64,000 nucleotides of DNA from Desulfobacterales bacterium (GCA_040771865.1 JAXGZF010000006.1:62001-126000), one strand, 5' to 3'; counted from the stretch's first letter, positions 1 to 11,241 are shown. The notes: generated by a model from the letters alone, not told the origin. Made by a program: numbers and translations.

Positions 1-446
1 GAAACTCCCTTCAGAGAACTGATCAAATCGATGGTCATTCCGGTTTCGATATCGCTTCCCTTCCGGGAGCGGCGTGACGAAAAGTCGGCGCCCTGAGAGA
101 AATCAAATATATTTCCGAAGATATCCTCGTAGCTTCGATAGCGCCCGAAGCCGGGCTCGGCATCGGGACCCTGGTCTTGCGACCATTGCCGGTATTCCCT
201 GGCTTTTTCCGCGTCAAATCCGGCTCTGAGCCCGTCTTCACCGAACTCATCGTAAATTTTACGTTTTTCAGAATTGCTCAGGCATTCGTAGGCTGCCGAT
301 GCATCCTTGAACTTCTGTTCAGCCTCCCGGTTTCCGGGGTTCAAATCCGGGTGCCACTTGCGTGCGAGCCGCCGATAGGCCTTTTTAACATCATCGGGTT
401 TCGCATCCTTTGAAACGCCCAGAATTTCGTAATAGTCCTTTGCCAT
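1..446 (-). CDS. DnaJ/CbpA-class J-domain co-chaperone (5' part; runs off window edge)
   Basis: Manual translation from ATG at 446: [39 protein letters not shown], with the HPD J-domain motif; frame stays open to position 1. Not in the ORF track. Confidence 0.9.
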   Translation of the reverse strand, partial: MAKDYYEILGVSKDAKPDDVKKAYRRLARKWHPDLNPGNREAEQKFKDASAAYECLSNSEKRKIYDEFGEDGLRAGFDAEKAREYRQWSQDQGPDAEPGFGRYRSYEDIFGNIFDFSQGADFSSRRSRKGSDIETGMTIDLISSLKGV

Positions 447-653
447 AATTGTCTCCGCCCACAGGATATCATTTTGTGCAGATTATATTGAAAGGTATAT
501 TGAGCGCCCTTAAAATGTCAAATAATTACGGGAACAATTCTGCTTCAGGATTTAACCTGAACGGTCTTGCCCCGGTTGACTTCCTTCCGGCTTTCCTCTA
601 TGATGTCCGTAATTTGATTTATTATAACCGGCTGGATTCTTGAGGAATTTATC

Positions 654-1268
654 ATGAAAATAATCGAGCAGAGCTGGAGCTGGCTGCAAAAGCCGCCCCG
701 GCCTCTGGAGCTGATCGAACGGGCGGGCCGAACCTGTTATCAGTCCGAAGAACGCATCGGTCCGGGCACTTCGGAAAAATTCGCCCGCATGCTGGTCAGC
801 CGCGGCCACGAGTCGGTCATTGAGCATTGTTCTGCATCGATTCGCTTTATCACTAACCGGGGTGTTACCCATGAACTGGTTCGACACCGTCTGGCGTCTT
901 ATTCCCAGGAATCCACCCGATATGTTCGCTACGATCGGATGGAATTTATTCAACCTGTCTGGTGGAACACCTGGAGCCCGGAAGAGCAGCAGACCTGGCT
1001 GAAAGCCATGGAAACCGCCGAGTCTTGCTATCGGCATCTGCTGGAAAGCGGAAGTTCTCCGGAACAGGCACGCGAGGTACTGCCGCAATCCCTCAAAACC
1101 GAAATCGTCATGACCGCCAATCTTCGGGAATGGCGTTCCGTATTTCATCTGAGATGCAGCCAGGCGGCTCATCCCCAGATCCGCGTCCTGATGCGGGATT
1201 GTCTTCGAGGATTTTCCCGGGAAATTCCGGTTCTGTTTGAAGACCTTGCGGAAAAATTTTCCGATTAA
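654..1268 (+). CDS. thyX: FAD-dependent thymidylate synthase
   Basis: GHESVIEH and RHRLASYSQESTRY ThyX motifs. Confidence 0.95.
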   Translation: MKIIEQSWSWLQKPPRPLELIERAGRTCYQSEERIGPGTSEKFARMLVSRGHESVIEHCSASIRFITNRGVTHELVRHRLASYSQESTRYVRYDRMEFIQPVWWNTWSPEEQQTWLKAMETAESCYRHLLESGSSPEQAREVLPQSLKTEIVMTANLREWRSVFHLRCSQAAHPQIRVLMRDCLRGFSREIPVLFEDLAEKFSD

Positions 1269-1317
1269 TCGCAACCCCCCTTTTTCCGGCCGGGAAAGTC
1301 CGGAATTCAGAATATTC

Positions 1318-3174
1318 ATGATTGCCATTGAAAATCTCAGCAAAAGCTACGGCGGCCAGAGCCTTTTTGAAGACGTCTCCGTAAAGATCAATTCCCGGGA
1401 GCGCATCGGCCTGGTCGGCCGAAACGGCGACGGCAAAACCACACTTTTTCGAATGATCATCGGCGAGGAAGCACCGGATTCAGGAGTCATTTCGGTTCCG
1501 AAAAACTATTGTCTGGGTTATGTGCGGCAGGAAATCGCGTTTGCCGAGGATACGGTACTGAAAGAGGCTATGCGGGGCCTGCCCGTTTCCGAAAATGACC
1601 AGACATGGAAGGCGGAAAAGGTTCTCTTCGGGCTGGGCTTCAGCGAAAAGGATTTGAATCGCAGACCGGATGAATTTTCCGGCGGATTCCAGGTCCGCCT
1701 CAACCTGGCCAGGGTGCTTGTTTCCGAGCCGGATCTGATTCTTCTCGATGAGCCCACCAATTATCTGGACATTACCGCCATTCGATGGATGGAGCGCTTT
1801 CTGGTTTCCTGGCCCAGAGAACTGCTTCTCATCACGCATGACCGAAGTTTTATGGACCGAGTGATTACCCATACCCTGGGTATCCATCGGAAAAAAATGC
1901 GCAAGATCGAGGGCCCGACTGAAAAATACTATGCCCAGATCGCCCAGGAAGAAGAAATTCATGAAAAGACCCGAATCAATGATGAGCGGCGGAAAAAAGA
2001 AATTGCCCTGTTCATCAGCCGGTTCCGGGCAAAAGCCAGGCTGGCCAACATGGTTCAATCCCGGGTGAAAACGCTGCAGAAGATGCGATCTCTCGACAAG
2101 CTGGAAGAACTCAAAACCCTTGATTTTTCGTTCCGAACCAGACCGTTTTCCGGAAAATACGTTCTTCGTGCCGAATCACTTTCCTTTGGGTACCCGGGAC
2201 ATTCCGAACTGATCCGGAATTTTGAACTTGCCATCGCCGCCGGAGAGCGTGTGTGCATCGTCGGACCCAACGGAAGAGGCAAAACCACACTGCTCAAGCT
2301 TCTGGCCGGCATGCTGAAGCCTCGATCGGGAAAGATCGTCTGTCATCCTCATGCGGAAAAAGGGTTTTACGAACAGACCAACATTCACAGCCTGGTGGAC
2401 AGTCGCAGCGTTGAAGAGGAGATTCTGTATTCGTTTCCGGATATGGACCGGCAGCAAGCGCGAAACATCTGCGGCGCCATGATGTTTGAAGGAGATGTGG
2501 CCCTGAAGAAGATCTCCGTGCTTTCCGGAGGAGAAAAAAGCCGGGTCATGCTGGGAAAGATCCTGGCCTCACCGGTAAATTTTCTGCTGCTTGACGAGCC
2601 GACCAATCACCTGGACATGGATTCGTGCGACGCCCTGCTGGCAGCTGTCGACGCATTTGAAGGCGCGGTGGTGATGGTGACCCATAATGAGATGTTTCTT
2701 CACGCCATAGCCCAGCGTCTGGTGATTTTTCAGGACGATTCGATCCGTGTTTTTGAGGGCTCCTACCAGGATTTTCTTGAAAAAGTGGGATGGACCAGTG
2801 AGGAGGCGTGCGAAAAATCCGAAACACCGGACGCCCAACCGGCAAATAAGAAAAACAAAAAGGAGTTGCGCCGCCAGCGGTCTGAAATCATCGCCCAGCG
2901 CTCACGGGCGCTCAAGCCTGTTGAGACGCGTATAGCGCAAACCGAAGCGCTGATCGAACAAAACGAATCCAAGATCGCGGCGCTCAACGAGGCGGTGATG
3001 CAGGCCGTTAAAAGTCAGGACGGCCGGCGCATTGCCGAATTATCCAAGGATATTCACGGCTGTGAGCGCGCCATCGAAGAACTCTTTGACGCGCTGGAAA
3101 AACTCTCCGAAGCGCACCGGGCCCAGCAGACCGAATTTGATCTCAAGCTCTCCGAACTCGATGCCCTGTCCTGA
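1318..3174 (+). CDS. ABC-F family ATP-binding protein
   Basis: Two ABC domains (GRNGDGKT / GPNGRGKT, LLDEPTN twice), no TM segments, C-terminal coiled coil; start moved to ATG 1318. Confidence 0.92.
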   Translation: MIAIENLSKSYGGQSLFEDVSVKINSRERIGLVGRNGDGKTTLFRMIIGEEAPDSGVISVPKNYCLGYVRQEIAFAEDTVLKEAMRGLPVSENDQTWKAEKVLFGLGFSEKDLNRRPDEFSGGFQVRLNLARVLVSEPDLILLDEPTNYLDITAIRWMERFLVSWPRELLLITHDRSFMDRVITHTLGIHRKKMRKIEGPTEKYYAQIAQEEEIHEKTRINDERRKKEIALFISRFRAKARLANMVQSRVKTLQKMRSLDKLEELKTLDFSFRTRPFSGKYVLRAESLSFGYPGHSELIRNFELAIAAGERVCIVGPNGRGKTTLLKLLAGMLKPRSGKIVCHPHAEKGFYEQTNIHSLVDSRSVEEEILYSFPDMDRQQARNICGAMMFEGDVALKKISVLSGGEKSRVMLGKILASPVNFLLLDEPTNHLDMDSCDALLAAVDAFEGAVVMVTHNEMFLHAIAQRLVIFQDDSIRVFEGSYQDFLEKVGWTSEEACEKSETPDAQPANKKNKKELRRQRSEIIAQRSRALKPVETRIAQTEALIEQNESKIAALNEAVMQAVKSQDGRRIAELSKDIHGCERAIEELFDALEKLSEAHRAQQTEFDLKLSELDALS

Positions 3175-3256
3175 TTTTCGTACGAGTCTTTAGAAGGCAG
3201 ATGGAAACCCCCGCCTACCAACAGACCCGAGGTACTGAATGCATCAGAACCGGGAT

Positions 3257-3301
3257 CGGCTTCCTGCTCCGGATGGCTTTTCCGGAACAGGAAGCCGCTT
3301 T
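3257..3301. terminator. Probable bidirectional intrinsic terminator
   Basis: CGGCTTCCTGCTCCGGA...TCCGGAACAGGAAGCCG inverted repeat between convergent genes. Confidence 0.7.
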
Positions 3302-3316
3302 CGATATAAATTTACA

Positions 3317-3997
3317 CTACTCTTTGTGTACAGCTGCGCAAATTACATCCACGGCCTGATCTAAAGAGAGCATTCCCGTGTTGACCGTGATGTCGTAATT
3401 GAGCGGGTCGGCGATATCCGCATTAAAGTATTTTCGAATGGCAGCCTTCCGGTTGGATTCGGTGTGAATCGCACGCCGTTCCGCCTCGGCCGCGGGCATG
3501 TTATAAGCCTTGGCGATCTCTTTGACCCGTGCATCTAGGGGCGCAATCACACGGACACTGACCCGGCGCTCCCGTGGAATGATGAAGTTGGCGCCACGGC
3601 CGATCACAACCACCTTTCCGTGCTTGCCGATAATGCCGATCACCTTCATCAGGTGCTGGAGATACTGATCCGGCCATAAATGCCGTTCGTGAACCAGAGA
3701 TGAGATCCATTCCTCCAGTGTGTTTAGACCCTTTTCATCCAGAGTATCCATGAAGGTCTTTGTGACCTTGGCGCTCTTGGCCATTTCGTTGAGCACTTCC
3801 TGATAAAATAAATCCCATCCCATCCTTGCGGCTATCTTTTCTGCAATGATGCGGCCCCCGCTTCCGGGTTCTCTGGAAACGGTTACCACCATGGGCCGCT
3901 TGTATTCTTCAATTTGGCTCTTTTTGCGTTCAATCTGCCACTTGGACATCTGCTGCTCAACCATCTGTTCAACTGATCGTGCCTTTGTCGTCGTCAT
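3317..3997 (-). CDS. Cytidylate kinase-like family protein
   Basis: VTVSREPGSGG P-loop-like motif, VVIGRGANF, YDITVNT; ATG 3997 after a purine-rich RBS. Confidence 0.85.
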   Translation of the reverse strand: MTTTKARSVEQMVEQQMSKWQIERKKSQIEEYKRPMVVTVSREPGSGGRIIAEKIAARMGWDLFYQEVLNEMAKSAKVTKTFMDTLDEKGLNTLEEWISSLVHERHLWPDQYLQHLMKVIGIIGKHGKVVVIGRGANFIIPRERRVSVRVIAPLDARVKEIAKAYNMPAAEAERRAIHTESNRKAAIRKYFNADIADPLNYDITVNTGMLSLDQAVDVICAAVHKE

Positions 3998-4362
3998 AAC
4001 CCTCCCCTTTCTTAAGCCCCCGACACTATATGCCCTATTCGCATTCAAACGGGGAACACTTGTCAAACAATCGAACTCGGTGCATCGCAAACCAACTCCG
4101 GCGGGCGACTCTATTCATGACCACACCTGATCCTGCTGCATTCCAGAAGATTATAATCATTCACCCATAAAGCATTTTTTCGCGTTTTATTCAACAGGAT
4201 AAAAAAATCCTACCTGAATTGAAATGAATTTCTTTTAGAAAATTAATTCAATCTTTTTATTAAACACTATGGCAATACCTTTTTTCTGTCAAGCGCATTC
4301 AAGGGCAAATCATTATGTCGCATAGAATCAATTGGTTATAATATTTAAAATGACTTGTACGA

Positions 4363-4968
4363 TTATTCAATATGGGAACAAATCATCTGATGCAACGGAT
4401 TCAAAAACGCATCGTAAAAATGGTCGGCGCCGGGAATCACCTCCAGCCTGGCATCCGGATTCCACTTGGGAACCATTTTTTCGAGCATCGCCGGCGGAGC
4501 AAGTTCGTCCAGAGATCCGGCAACCACCAGCTTCAACCGGCTGACCGCCGATATATCGCTGAAATCCATAAAGGCCACCGGCGGTGAGATCATGATCTGA
4601 CTGCCCGGCCCCATAACCTCAAGATCCAGGCCGGCATTGATCCATGCGCCGAAGGAATATCCAGCCAGATCGATATTGAAGATTCCAAGACCCTCAAGAT
4701 ATTTTCGGGCCGCCACTACATCCTGCCGTTCGCCCCGGCCGTTGTCATAAACCCCTTCGCTTTTGCCGACCCCTCTGAAATTGGGGCGCAGAACCGTGTA
4801 GCCCTTGCGTTGATAGGCATCTGCAACCCGTTCGACAACCAGGTTGTACATATCGCCGCCGTAAAGCGGGTGAGGATGGGTCACGACAACCCCCTTGTCC
4901 TGCCGGTGTCCCTCCTGCAGCAAACCTTCAAGCCGGCAGGCGCCGGAAAAAAACGATACGCGCTTCAT
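4363..4968 (-). CDS. Alpha/beta fold hydrolase
   Basis: HPHPLYGG, GYSFG nucleophile elbow, GADHF. Confidence 0.9.
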   Translation of the reverse strand: MKRVSFFSGACRLEGLLQEGHRQDKGVVVTHPHPLYGGDMYNLVVERVADAYQRKGYTVLRPNFRGVGKSEGVYDNGRGERQDVVAARKYLEGLGIFNIDLAGYSFGAWINAGLDLEVMGPGSQIMISPPVAFMDFSDISAVSRLKLVVAGSLDELAPPAMLEKMVPKWNPDARLEVIPGADHFYDAFLNPLHQMICSHIE

Positions 4969-6146
4969 CGGTTGTTTTTTCCTTTCAAATCCTTCAGAAC
5001 GGTGACAATTTCGTGTCCGAATGTTTTCCGCTGCCAGTTCTTCATATCCGGAAGCGCCTTGAGCGACCGAATGTTAAGCGGGTTGACCGCGGCTATGGTC
5101 CCGATCAGCGCTCTTGGAAAGAGAACCGACGCTTCGAGTTCCAGAGACTCCGCCAGTTTTTCAATTCTGGATTTCAGAGCCTTGACCCGAGGAGCAACCT
5201 CGGGGGAAACTGGAGCCTTTATAATGCGCGGATAGACGGGCAGTTCAGCGTCGGACGCCGACAGGGCATGATTCACCGCCTCCACAATTTTGTGACCGTA
5301 CATTCGAAACTGCCCTGGACTCAGAGCATGGGAGTCTTCCAGCTCTTTCAGACTGGCGGGTTTTTCAACAGATATACGCATCAGCGCATGATTTCCGATC
5401 ACCTTGAAAAGAGGCCGATCAAGCGTTTCGGCGATGTGCCTTCGGAACTGCAGCAGGGCCTCGAGAATCGCCAGATGACGGCGATTCAAACGGCCGGCGC
5501 CCTTGAACCGAAGAAACAGCGGATCCCCTTCGTTTTCAGCGGGCCGTACACGGCTCAGACCCTTACATTCTTCCTCGACCCATGAAAGCCTGTTCTTTTC
5601 TTTCAGTTCTTCTTTCAGGATTCTGGAGAGCGGGAGCAGATACATGACGTCTTTGGCTGCATACTCGATCATCTCCGGCGGAAGGGGTCGGCGAGACCAG
5701 TCTTTTTTCTGATACTTTTTATTCAGCCGGACTCCGAACCGCTCCTGCAGCACCGCATCCAGTCCGGTCTGACGGATGCCGAGAAATCGGCATGCCACTT
5801 GCGTATCAAACATCTGGTTGATATTAAATGAAAAATCCCGATACAGGGACCGCACGTCATAATCGGCGCCGTGAAATATTTTTTGAATGCGCGGACTTTC
5901 GAAAACGTTCTTCAGAGGAGAAAGGTCGCCGATTTTAAGGGGATCAACCACGACGGACAGATTCCGGGAGGCCATCTGAATCAGACACACCCGCTCCCGG
6001 AAATGATACATGGAATCCGCTTCCAGATCCACGGCAACCGACAGTTGACTCTCAAAGACTTCAGCCACCCCTTGAAGATCTTCAAAGGTATCCACGATTC
6101 GATAATCAAGCGACAAGCTATCCATCATATTTTTTTCTTGACCCAT
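4965..6146 (-). CDS. rnd: Ribonuclease D (3'-5' exonuclease plus HRDC)
   Basis: AVDLEAD, HGADYD, DWSRRPL, YAAKDV DEDDy motifs; HRDC-like C-terminus. Confidence 0.88.
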   Translation of the reverse strand: MGQEKNMMDSLSLDYRIVDTFEDLQGVAEVFESQLSVAVDLEADSMYHFRERVCLIQMASRNLSVVVDPLKIGDLSPLKNVFESPRIQKIFHGADYDVRSLYRDFSFNINQMFDTQVACRFLGIRQTGLDAVLQERFGVRLNKKYQKKDWSRRPLPPEMIEYAAKDVMYLLPLSRILKEELKEKNRLSWVEEECKGLSRVRPAENEGDPLFLRFKGAGRLNRRHLAILEALLQFRRHIAETLDRPLFKVIGNHALMRISVEKPASLKELEDSHALSPGQFRMYGHKIVEAVNHALSASDAELPVYPRIIKAPVSPEVAPRVKALKSRIEKLAESLELEASVLFPRALIGTIAAVNPLNIRSLKALPDMKNWQRKTFGHEIVTVLKDLKGKNNR

Positions 6147-6220
6147 CGATACAGATAACCTAATTACCGAATACTGTTAACCCCATGTTAAACCTTCAAT
6201 TCTTTGACCGGTGAAAGTCG

Positions 6221-8143
6221 ATGATTAACATAACATTTCCAAATGGAGACATAAAGCGATTTGAAGAAGCGCCTACCGGTTTTGAAGTTGCCCGAAGCAT
6301 TTCGGAAGATTTCGCGAGAAACTGCGTGGCCATGAAGATCAACGATACACTTGTGGATCTATATACCAAGATCGAGGCTGACGCCAGGGTACAATTTGTT
6401 ACCGCAAAGGATCCGGAAGCGCTGAACATTATGCGCCACAGCGCGGCCCATGTGATGGCTCAGGCCATATTGCACCTGTACCCAGAGGCAAAACTGACAA
6501 TCGGTCCGGTCGTGGAGGACGGTTTCTACTATGATATCGACATGCCGCCGATTTCCGAGGCCGATTTTCCAAAGATTGAGACGGAGATTCAGAAAATCAT
6601 CAAAGAAAGGACCCCTTTTTCCCGTAAGCTTGTTTCCAAGGCCGATGCTTTGGAATTATACAAAAACGAGCCGTACAAAAGCGAGATGATCAGCGAACTG
6701 GAAGACGGCACGATCTCATTGTACGAGCAGGGCGACTTTACCGATCTTTGCCGCGGGCCCCATGTGCCCCACGCCGGTTTTATCAGGGCAATCAAATTGA
6801 TGAAGGTTTCCGGGGCCTACTGGCGGGCGGATCAGAGCAGGGCTCAGCTGCAGAGAATCTATGGAACGGCCTTTTTCGACAAAAAAGAGCTCAAGGCATA
6901 TCTGGAATTCATCGAGGAAGCCAAGAAGCGAAACCACCGCAAGCTTGGTGCGTCCCTGGATCTTTTCAGTTTTCATGACGAGGCGCCAGGCATGGCATTT
7001 TTTCATGCAAAGGGCATGGATATGTGGAATGCGTTGCTTGAGTACTGGCGCGAGGAACACCGCAAGGCCGGGTATGTGGAAACCAAAACTCCGATCATGC
7101 TTAACAGGAGCCTCTGGGAGAAAAGCGGTCACTGGGACAACTACCGGGAAAACATGTACACTACGGTCATTGATGAAACCGAGTACGCCATCAAACCGAT
7201 GAACTGCCCTGGAGGCATGATCCTTTACGGCATGAAACCCCATTCTTATAAGGATCTTCCCCTGCGGGCCGCTGAAATTGGCCTGGTTCACCGTCACGAG
7301 CTCAGCGGCGTCCTTTCCGGACTTTTCCGGGTCCGGGCTTTTCACCAGGACGACGCCCATATTTTTATGACGCCGGAGCAGATCGAATCCGAAATACTCG
7401 GCGTGCTCAACCTGGTGGACCGGGTTTACAGTACCTTTGGTCTGGGTTTTCATCTGGAGCTTTCCACCCGGCCGGAAAAGTCGATCGGTACTGACGCTCA
7501 ATGGGAAACCGCCACCAACGGGCTTAAATCTGCGCTCAGCGCTTATGGCAGGGAATACAAGATAAACGAGGGAGACGGCGCCTTTTACGGTCCCAAAATC
7601 GACATACACATCAAGGACGCTCTGGGCCGGACATGGCAGTGTGGAACCGTTCAGCTGGACATGGCTCTGCCCGAGCGCTTCAACCTGCAGTATGTGGGTG
7701 CAGACAACGAAAGGCACCGGCCGATCATGATTCATCGGGTTATTTACGGCTCCATCGAACGGTTTTTCGGAATCCTTGTGGAGCACTTTGCCGGCAAGTT
7801 TCCCCTGTGGCTGGCTCCGGTTCAGGCGGTAGTGCTGCCCATCAACGACGAGTTGATTCCGGCCGCCGTTGATGTGTGCGAACTGCTGAAAGGTTCAGGC
7901 ATCCGCGCCGTGGTGGACGATCGCTCTGAAAGTCTGAATAAAAAGGTCCGGGAAGCCCAGATCAATCAGATTCCTTTGATTCTGACCATCGGGGCCAAGG
8001 AAAAAGAAGGCGGAACACTTTCGGTCAGAACTCTGGATGGAACGGTTGTCTACGGCATATCCCGAGACAGATTTCTCAAAGAAGTACTGGCACAGATTCG
8101 GTGCCGCGGTCTGAATCTGGATATTTTCAAAAAAACCGCTTAG
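6221..8143 (+). CDS. thrS: Threonine--tRNA ligase
   Basis: TGS domain, RHSAAH, DLCRGPH, KPMNCP, GAFYGPKID, IHRVIYGSIERF. Confidence 0.98.
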   Translation: MINITFPNGDIKRFEEAPTGFEVARSISEDFARNCVAMKINDTLVDLYTKIEADARVQFVTAKDPEALNIMRHSAAHVMAQAILHLYPEAKLTIGPVVEDGFYYDIDMPPISEADFPKIETEIQKIIKERTPFSRKLVSKADALELYKNEPYKSEMISELEDGTISLYEQGDFTDLCRGPHVPHAGFIRAIKLMKVSGAYWRADQSRAQLQRIYGTAFFDKKELKAYLEFIEEAKKRNHRKLGASLDLFSFHDEAPGMAFFHAKGMDMWNALLEYWREEHRKAGYVETKTPIMLNRSLWEKSGHWDNYRENMYTTVIDETEYAIKPMNCPGGMILYGMKPHSYKDLPLRAAEIGLVHRHELSGVLSGLFRVRAFHQDDAHIFMTPEQIESEILGVLNLVDRVYSTFGLGFHLELSTRPEKSIGTDAQWETATNGLKSALSAYGREYKINEGDGAFYGPKIDIHIKDALGRTWQCGTVQLDMALPERFNLQYVGADNERHRPIMIHRVIYGSIERFFGILVEHFAGKFPLWLAPVQAVVLPINDELIPAAVDVCELLKGSGIRAVVDDRSESLNKKVREAQINQIPLILTIGAKEKEGGTLSVRTLDGTVVYGISRDRFLKEVLAQIRCRGLNLDIFKKTA

Positions 8144-8286
8144 CAGGCTGTTGAAAAACTGCGTCTGAGGCCGCCATTCCGCGTTGCGCGGCTCTCGCCA
8201 ATGCTCACATATGCTTGAATATGCTGCGCTTGTCGCATCGCCGCGCGCCTTGCCTGACGGCCTGATTCTTGTTTTTCAACACCCTG
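8144..8286. mobile_element. 143-bp MITE, copy A
   Basis: Terminal inverted repeats CAGGCTGTTGAAAAAC / GTTTTTCAACACCCTG, TTAG on both sides; near-identical copy at 52145-52287. Confidence 0.85.
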
Positions 8287-8341
8287 TTAGGCGCGTTCCA
8301 GCCCAAAAGACTGCAGCCTTATTTTGCAGAGGGGGTTTGCC

Positions 8342-8743
8342 GTGTCGACAAGAAGCTTTTTTCGCTACTGGCTTCCTCTGATTTCATATTGCGCGTTGAT
8401 TTTCATGCTGTCTTCCCAGCCCGTGCCCGAGAAGGTTTCCGCTTTCTTTGGCATGGAGAAGCTGATGCACGCTGCTGCATGGATGGTTCTGGGAATATTG
8501 TGTTTCAGGGGGTTTCAAAGCCGCTGGTGCCAGGCAAAGCCACCGGCAATCATCGCTCTGAGCGTTGCCGCCTCGGTGCTGTTCGGAATCAGCGACGAAT
8601 TTCACCAGAGTTTTGTGCCGTCACGAACCCCCGACATAAGCGATCTTTTCTTTGATTTTCTGGGAAGCCTCGTCGGCGCTGGAATCTGTCGGTTATTTTA
8701 CGTAAAAACCGCGCAGATTCGGCCACGAACTACTCTCCGATAA
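8342..8743 (+). CDS. VanZ family membrane protein
   Basis: EKLMH and [13 protein letters not shown] VanZ motifs; GTG start after GAGGGGG. Confidence 0.85.
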   Translation: MSTRSFFRYWLPLISYCALIFMLSSQPVPEKVSAFFGMEKLMHAAAWMVLGILCFRGFQSRWCQAKPPAIIALSVAASVLFGISDEFHQSFVPSRTPDISDLFFDFLGSLVGAGICRLFYVKTAQIRPRTTLR

Positions 8744-9149
8744 TTTTTACCAGAACGCGCTTGCGTCTCCGGCCGTCAAATTCGCCGTAAAAAATCTGCT
8801 CCCAGGGTCCGAAATCCAGGCGTCCCTCGGTAACGGCCACCACCACCTCGCGCCCCATGATCTGCCGCTTGAGGTGGGCATCTCCATTGTCTTCACCGGT
8901 ACGGTTGTGAAGATAGCGGCTTACCGGTTCATGCGGCGCCAGGGTTTCCAGCCATTTTTCATAATCCTGATGCAGTCCGCTCTCATTGTCATTGATAAAA
9001 ACCGACGCCGTGATATGCATGGCGTTGACCAGAACAAATCCTTCCTGAATACCGCTTTCCTGAAGACAGGCGTTTACCTGATCGGTGATATGGATAAATC
9101 CCCGCCGTCGGGGCACCTCGAACCAGAGTTCCCTGCGATAGCTTTTCAT
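8730..9149 (-). CDS. YjbQ/UPF0047 family protein
   Basis: [28 protein letters not shown]. Confidence 0.92.
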   Translation of the reverse strand: MKSYRRELWFEVPRRRGFIHITDQVNACLQESGIQEGFVLVNAMHITASVFINDNESGLHQDYEKWLETLAPHEPVSRYLHNRTGEDNGDAHLKRQIMGREVVVAVTEGRLDFGPWEQIFYGEFDGRRRKRVLVKIIGE

Positions 9150-9315
9150 GTTATATTTCCTTCAATATTTGTTGTTGCCGGATATTACTGGACGAATGAA
9201 ATAAATACTGACGATCTGTTGATTAGCACACTCGTCCGGATGTGTCAGGAGGGAATCATCGGTTTCGGGGTAGGGGGCGGACAACAGATAAGTGCCGGCA
9301 AAGTGGAGGTTTGTT

Positions 9316-10020
9316 ATGCGGGTTATCGGACATCGGGGCGCCATGGGTCATGCCCCGGAAAACACGCTGCTTTCCATTGAAAAGGCCATGGAGCTCGGCG
9401 CGTCCTGGATCGAAGTGGATGTTCAGGCCGCAGACGGGCGCCTGATTGTTTTTCACGACATCCGTCTGGAGCGTATCACCAACGGAACCGGCTATGTATC
9501 TGAACAGCGCTTTTCTTATCTGCGTTCGCTGGATGCCGGCGCGGGCCAGATAATTCCTACGCTTGACGAGGTGTTCGAGCGGATCGGCCAACGTGTTGGA
9601 ATCAACATCGAACTCAAGGGACCGAACACGGCGGCTCCGGTTGCCGAGCAGATCGGCCGACAGCTCAGCCAGGGCTGGGACAGGGACCGGATTCTGGTTT
9701 CGTCCTTCAACCACCCGGAACTCATGACCTTTAAAACGATCTGTCCGAATATTGACATCGGCCCTCTTGTTGCAGGCATCCCTCTGGGTTATGCCGCATT
9801 CGCCCAGACCATGGGTGCTTTTTCCGTGCATGCCTGCCTGGATTTCATAGATTCGGAATTTGTAAAGGATGCCCGTCGAAGAAACCTTAAAGTGTTCGTC
9901 TATACGGTGAATCATCCAGAAGACATAGCACGGATGCATGACCTCGGTGTAGATGGCGTATTTACGGATTTTCCGGAAAGAGTTGCCTGCTTTCGAGGAG
10001 GTTCTGCCAGCGGGTATTGA
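9316..10020 (+). CDS. Glycerophosphodiester phosphodiesterase
   Basis: GHRGA..PENT, EVDV, HD..L.R.TNG, GVDGVFTDFP. Confidence 0.92.
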   Translation: MRVIGHRGAMGHAPENTLLSIEKAMELGASWIEVDVQAADGRLIVFHDIRLERITNGTGYVSEQRFSYLRSLDAGAGQIIPTLDEVFERIGQRVGINIELKGPNTAAPVAEQIGRQLSQGWDRDRILVSSFNHPELMTFKTICPNIDIGPLVAGIPLGYAAFAQTMGAFSVHACLDFIDSEFVKDARRRNLKVFVYTVNHPEDIARMHDLGVDGVFTDFPERVACFRGGSASGY

Positions 10021-10303
10021 TGAATTTTGCACCATTTTTTCCATTAAGACGCTGCCGTGGATATCGCAGCAAAGGCAGAAGACACGACGAATCTTTCGAA
10101 TTTGGATGGGAATAGTCCGATTATACCGTCATTTCAGCAGGTTTTGTTTCATTAATGAATTGAGGCCATCCGGGAAATGATATTGTTATGGTATTGACAT
10201 ATTTTGATGAATCTGATTAATTTGCATAATTATTTATGGTTTAAGATGACTGTTGTAATGACCCGTTGATCAGCAATGAATTTTTGAATAGAGGAACTTT
10301 CAG

Positions 10304-10438
10304 ATGAAAAGAACTTACCAGCCGAGTAAGATTAAACGTGCCCGAACACATGGATTTTTAAAAAGGATGTCGACCAAGCAGGGACGGAGGGTGATTAACC
10401 GGCGCCGAGCCAAGGGACGGAAGAGATTGACGGTATGA
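10304..10438 (+). CDS. rpmH: 50S ribosomal protein L34
   Basis: Manual translation [44 protein letters not shown] (below the ORF track cutoff). Confidence 0.98.
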   Translation: MKRTYQPSKIKRARTHGFLKRMSTKQGRRVINRRRAKGRKRLTV

Positions 10439-10514
10439 TTCTTTAATAAATTGGGTTCGGCATTTGGACGGGGATAATGATTGTTAGGTGGGCACATTGA
10501 ATATTGCTTGCGGG

Positions 10515-10880
10515 ATGCATGAGCTTAAAAGATTTCGTTATACCAAGGCGGATAGATTGTTAAAAAGATCTGATTTTATAAATCTGTCAAATATGGGAAA
10601 GGTGGTCAGCAATCGGTTTTTTCTCGCTAGATTCGAGTTGAGTTCGACAGGCGGAAACCGTCTTGGCATAACGGTCACGAAAAGAGTCGGAAATGCTGTA
10701 AAAAGAAATAAAATCAAGCGGTTGATTCGTGAAAGCTTTCGGTTGCATCGAAATGAATTGATCGGTGCCTGGGATATCAATTTGATAGCAAAAATTACAG
10801 CTGTTGAGCTGTCAAGTCAGCAGTCCTTTTTAAATTTAAAGGACATTTTCGAGAAAATATCGAGGAGTATCGATTATTAA
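10515..10880 (+). CDS. rnpA: Ribonuclease P protein component
   Basis: [25 protein letters not shown] motif; position after rpmH. Confidence 0.95.
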   Translation: MHELKRFRYTKADRLLKRSDFINLSNMGKVVSNRFFLARFELSSTGGNRLGITVTKRVGNAVKRNKIKRLIRESFRLHRNELIGAWDINLIAKITAVELSSQQSFLNLKDIFEKISRSIDY

Positions 10881-10890
10881 ACGGCTTGTT

Positions 10891-11085
10891 TTGACCTTAA
10901 TCAGGGGGTACCAGTTATTAATTTCCCCGCTTTTAAGTCCCGCATGTCGGTTTTATCCCACGTGTTCCAATTACGCTATACAGGCTGTTGCTCGGTACGG
11001 GGTTTTCAAGGGAGCGATTTTGGCGTTTAAGCGTATCCTTCGATGCAACCCCTTTCATCCCGGAGGAATCGATCCAGTTCCCTGA
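10891..11085 (+). CDS. yidD: Membrane protein insertion efficiency factor (start uncertain)
   Basis: [11 protein letters not shown] and [14 protein letters not shown]. Confidence 0.93.
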   Translation: MTLIRGYQLLISPLLSPACRFYPTCSNYAIQAVARYGVFKGAILAFKRILRCNPFHPGGIDPVP

Positions 11086-11241
11086 AGCGTATCATTTTAT
11101 GTTGGGTGATAAAATCGAAATAGCCCGCTGTCATTAGGAATTAATTTTGACGTTGACTTTCTTTTTACATGTCTGATCGGGCCATCAGCCTCATTGTCCC
11201 ACCTGCATGTCGAATATTTTGTGCTTTTCTAGGAGTCTCAT

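Noticed and set aside
10021..10303. oriC upstream of rpmH
   Set aside because: AT-rich, but I found no TTATCCACA-type box cluster and no dnaA; it looks like a promoter region.
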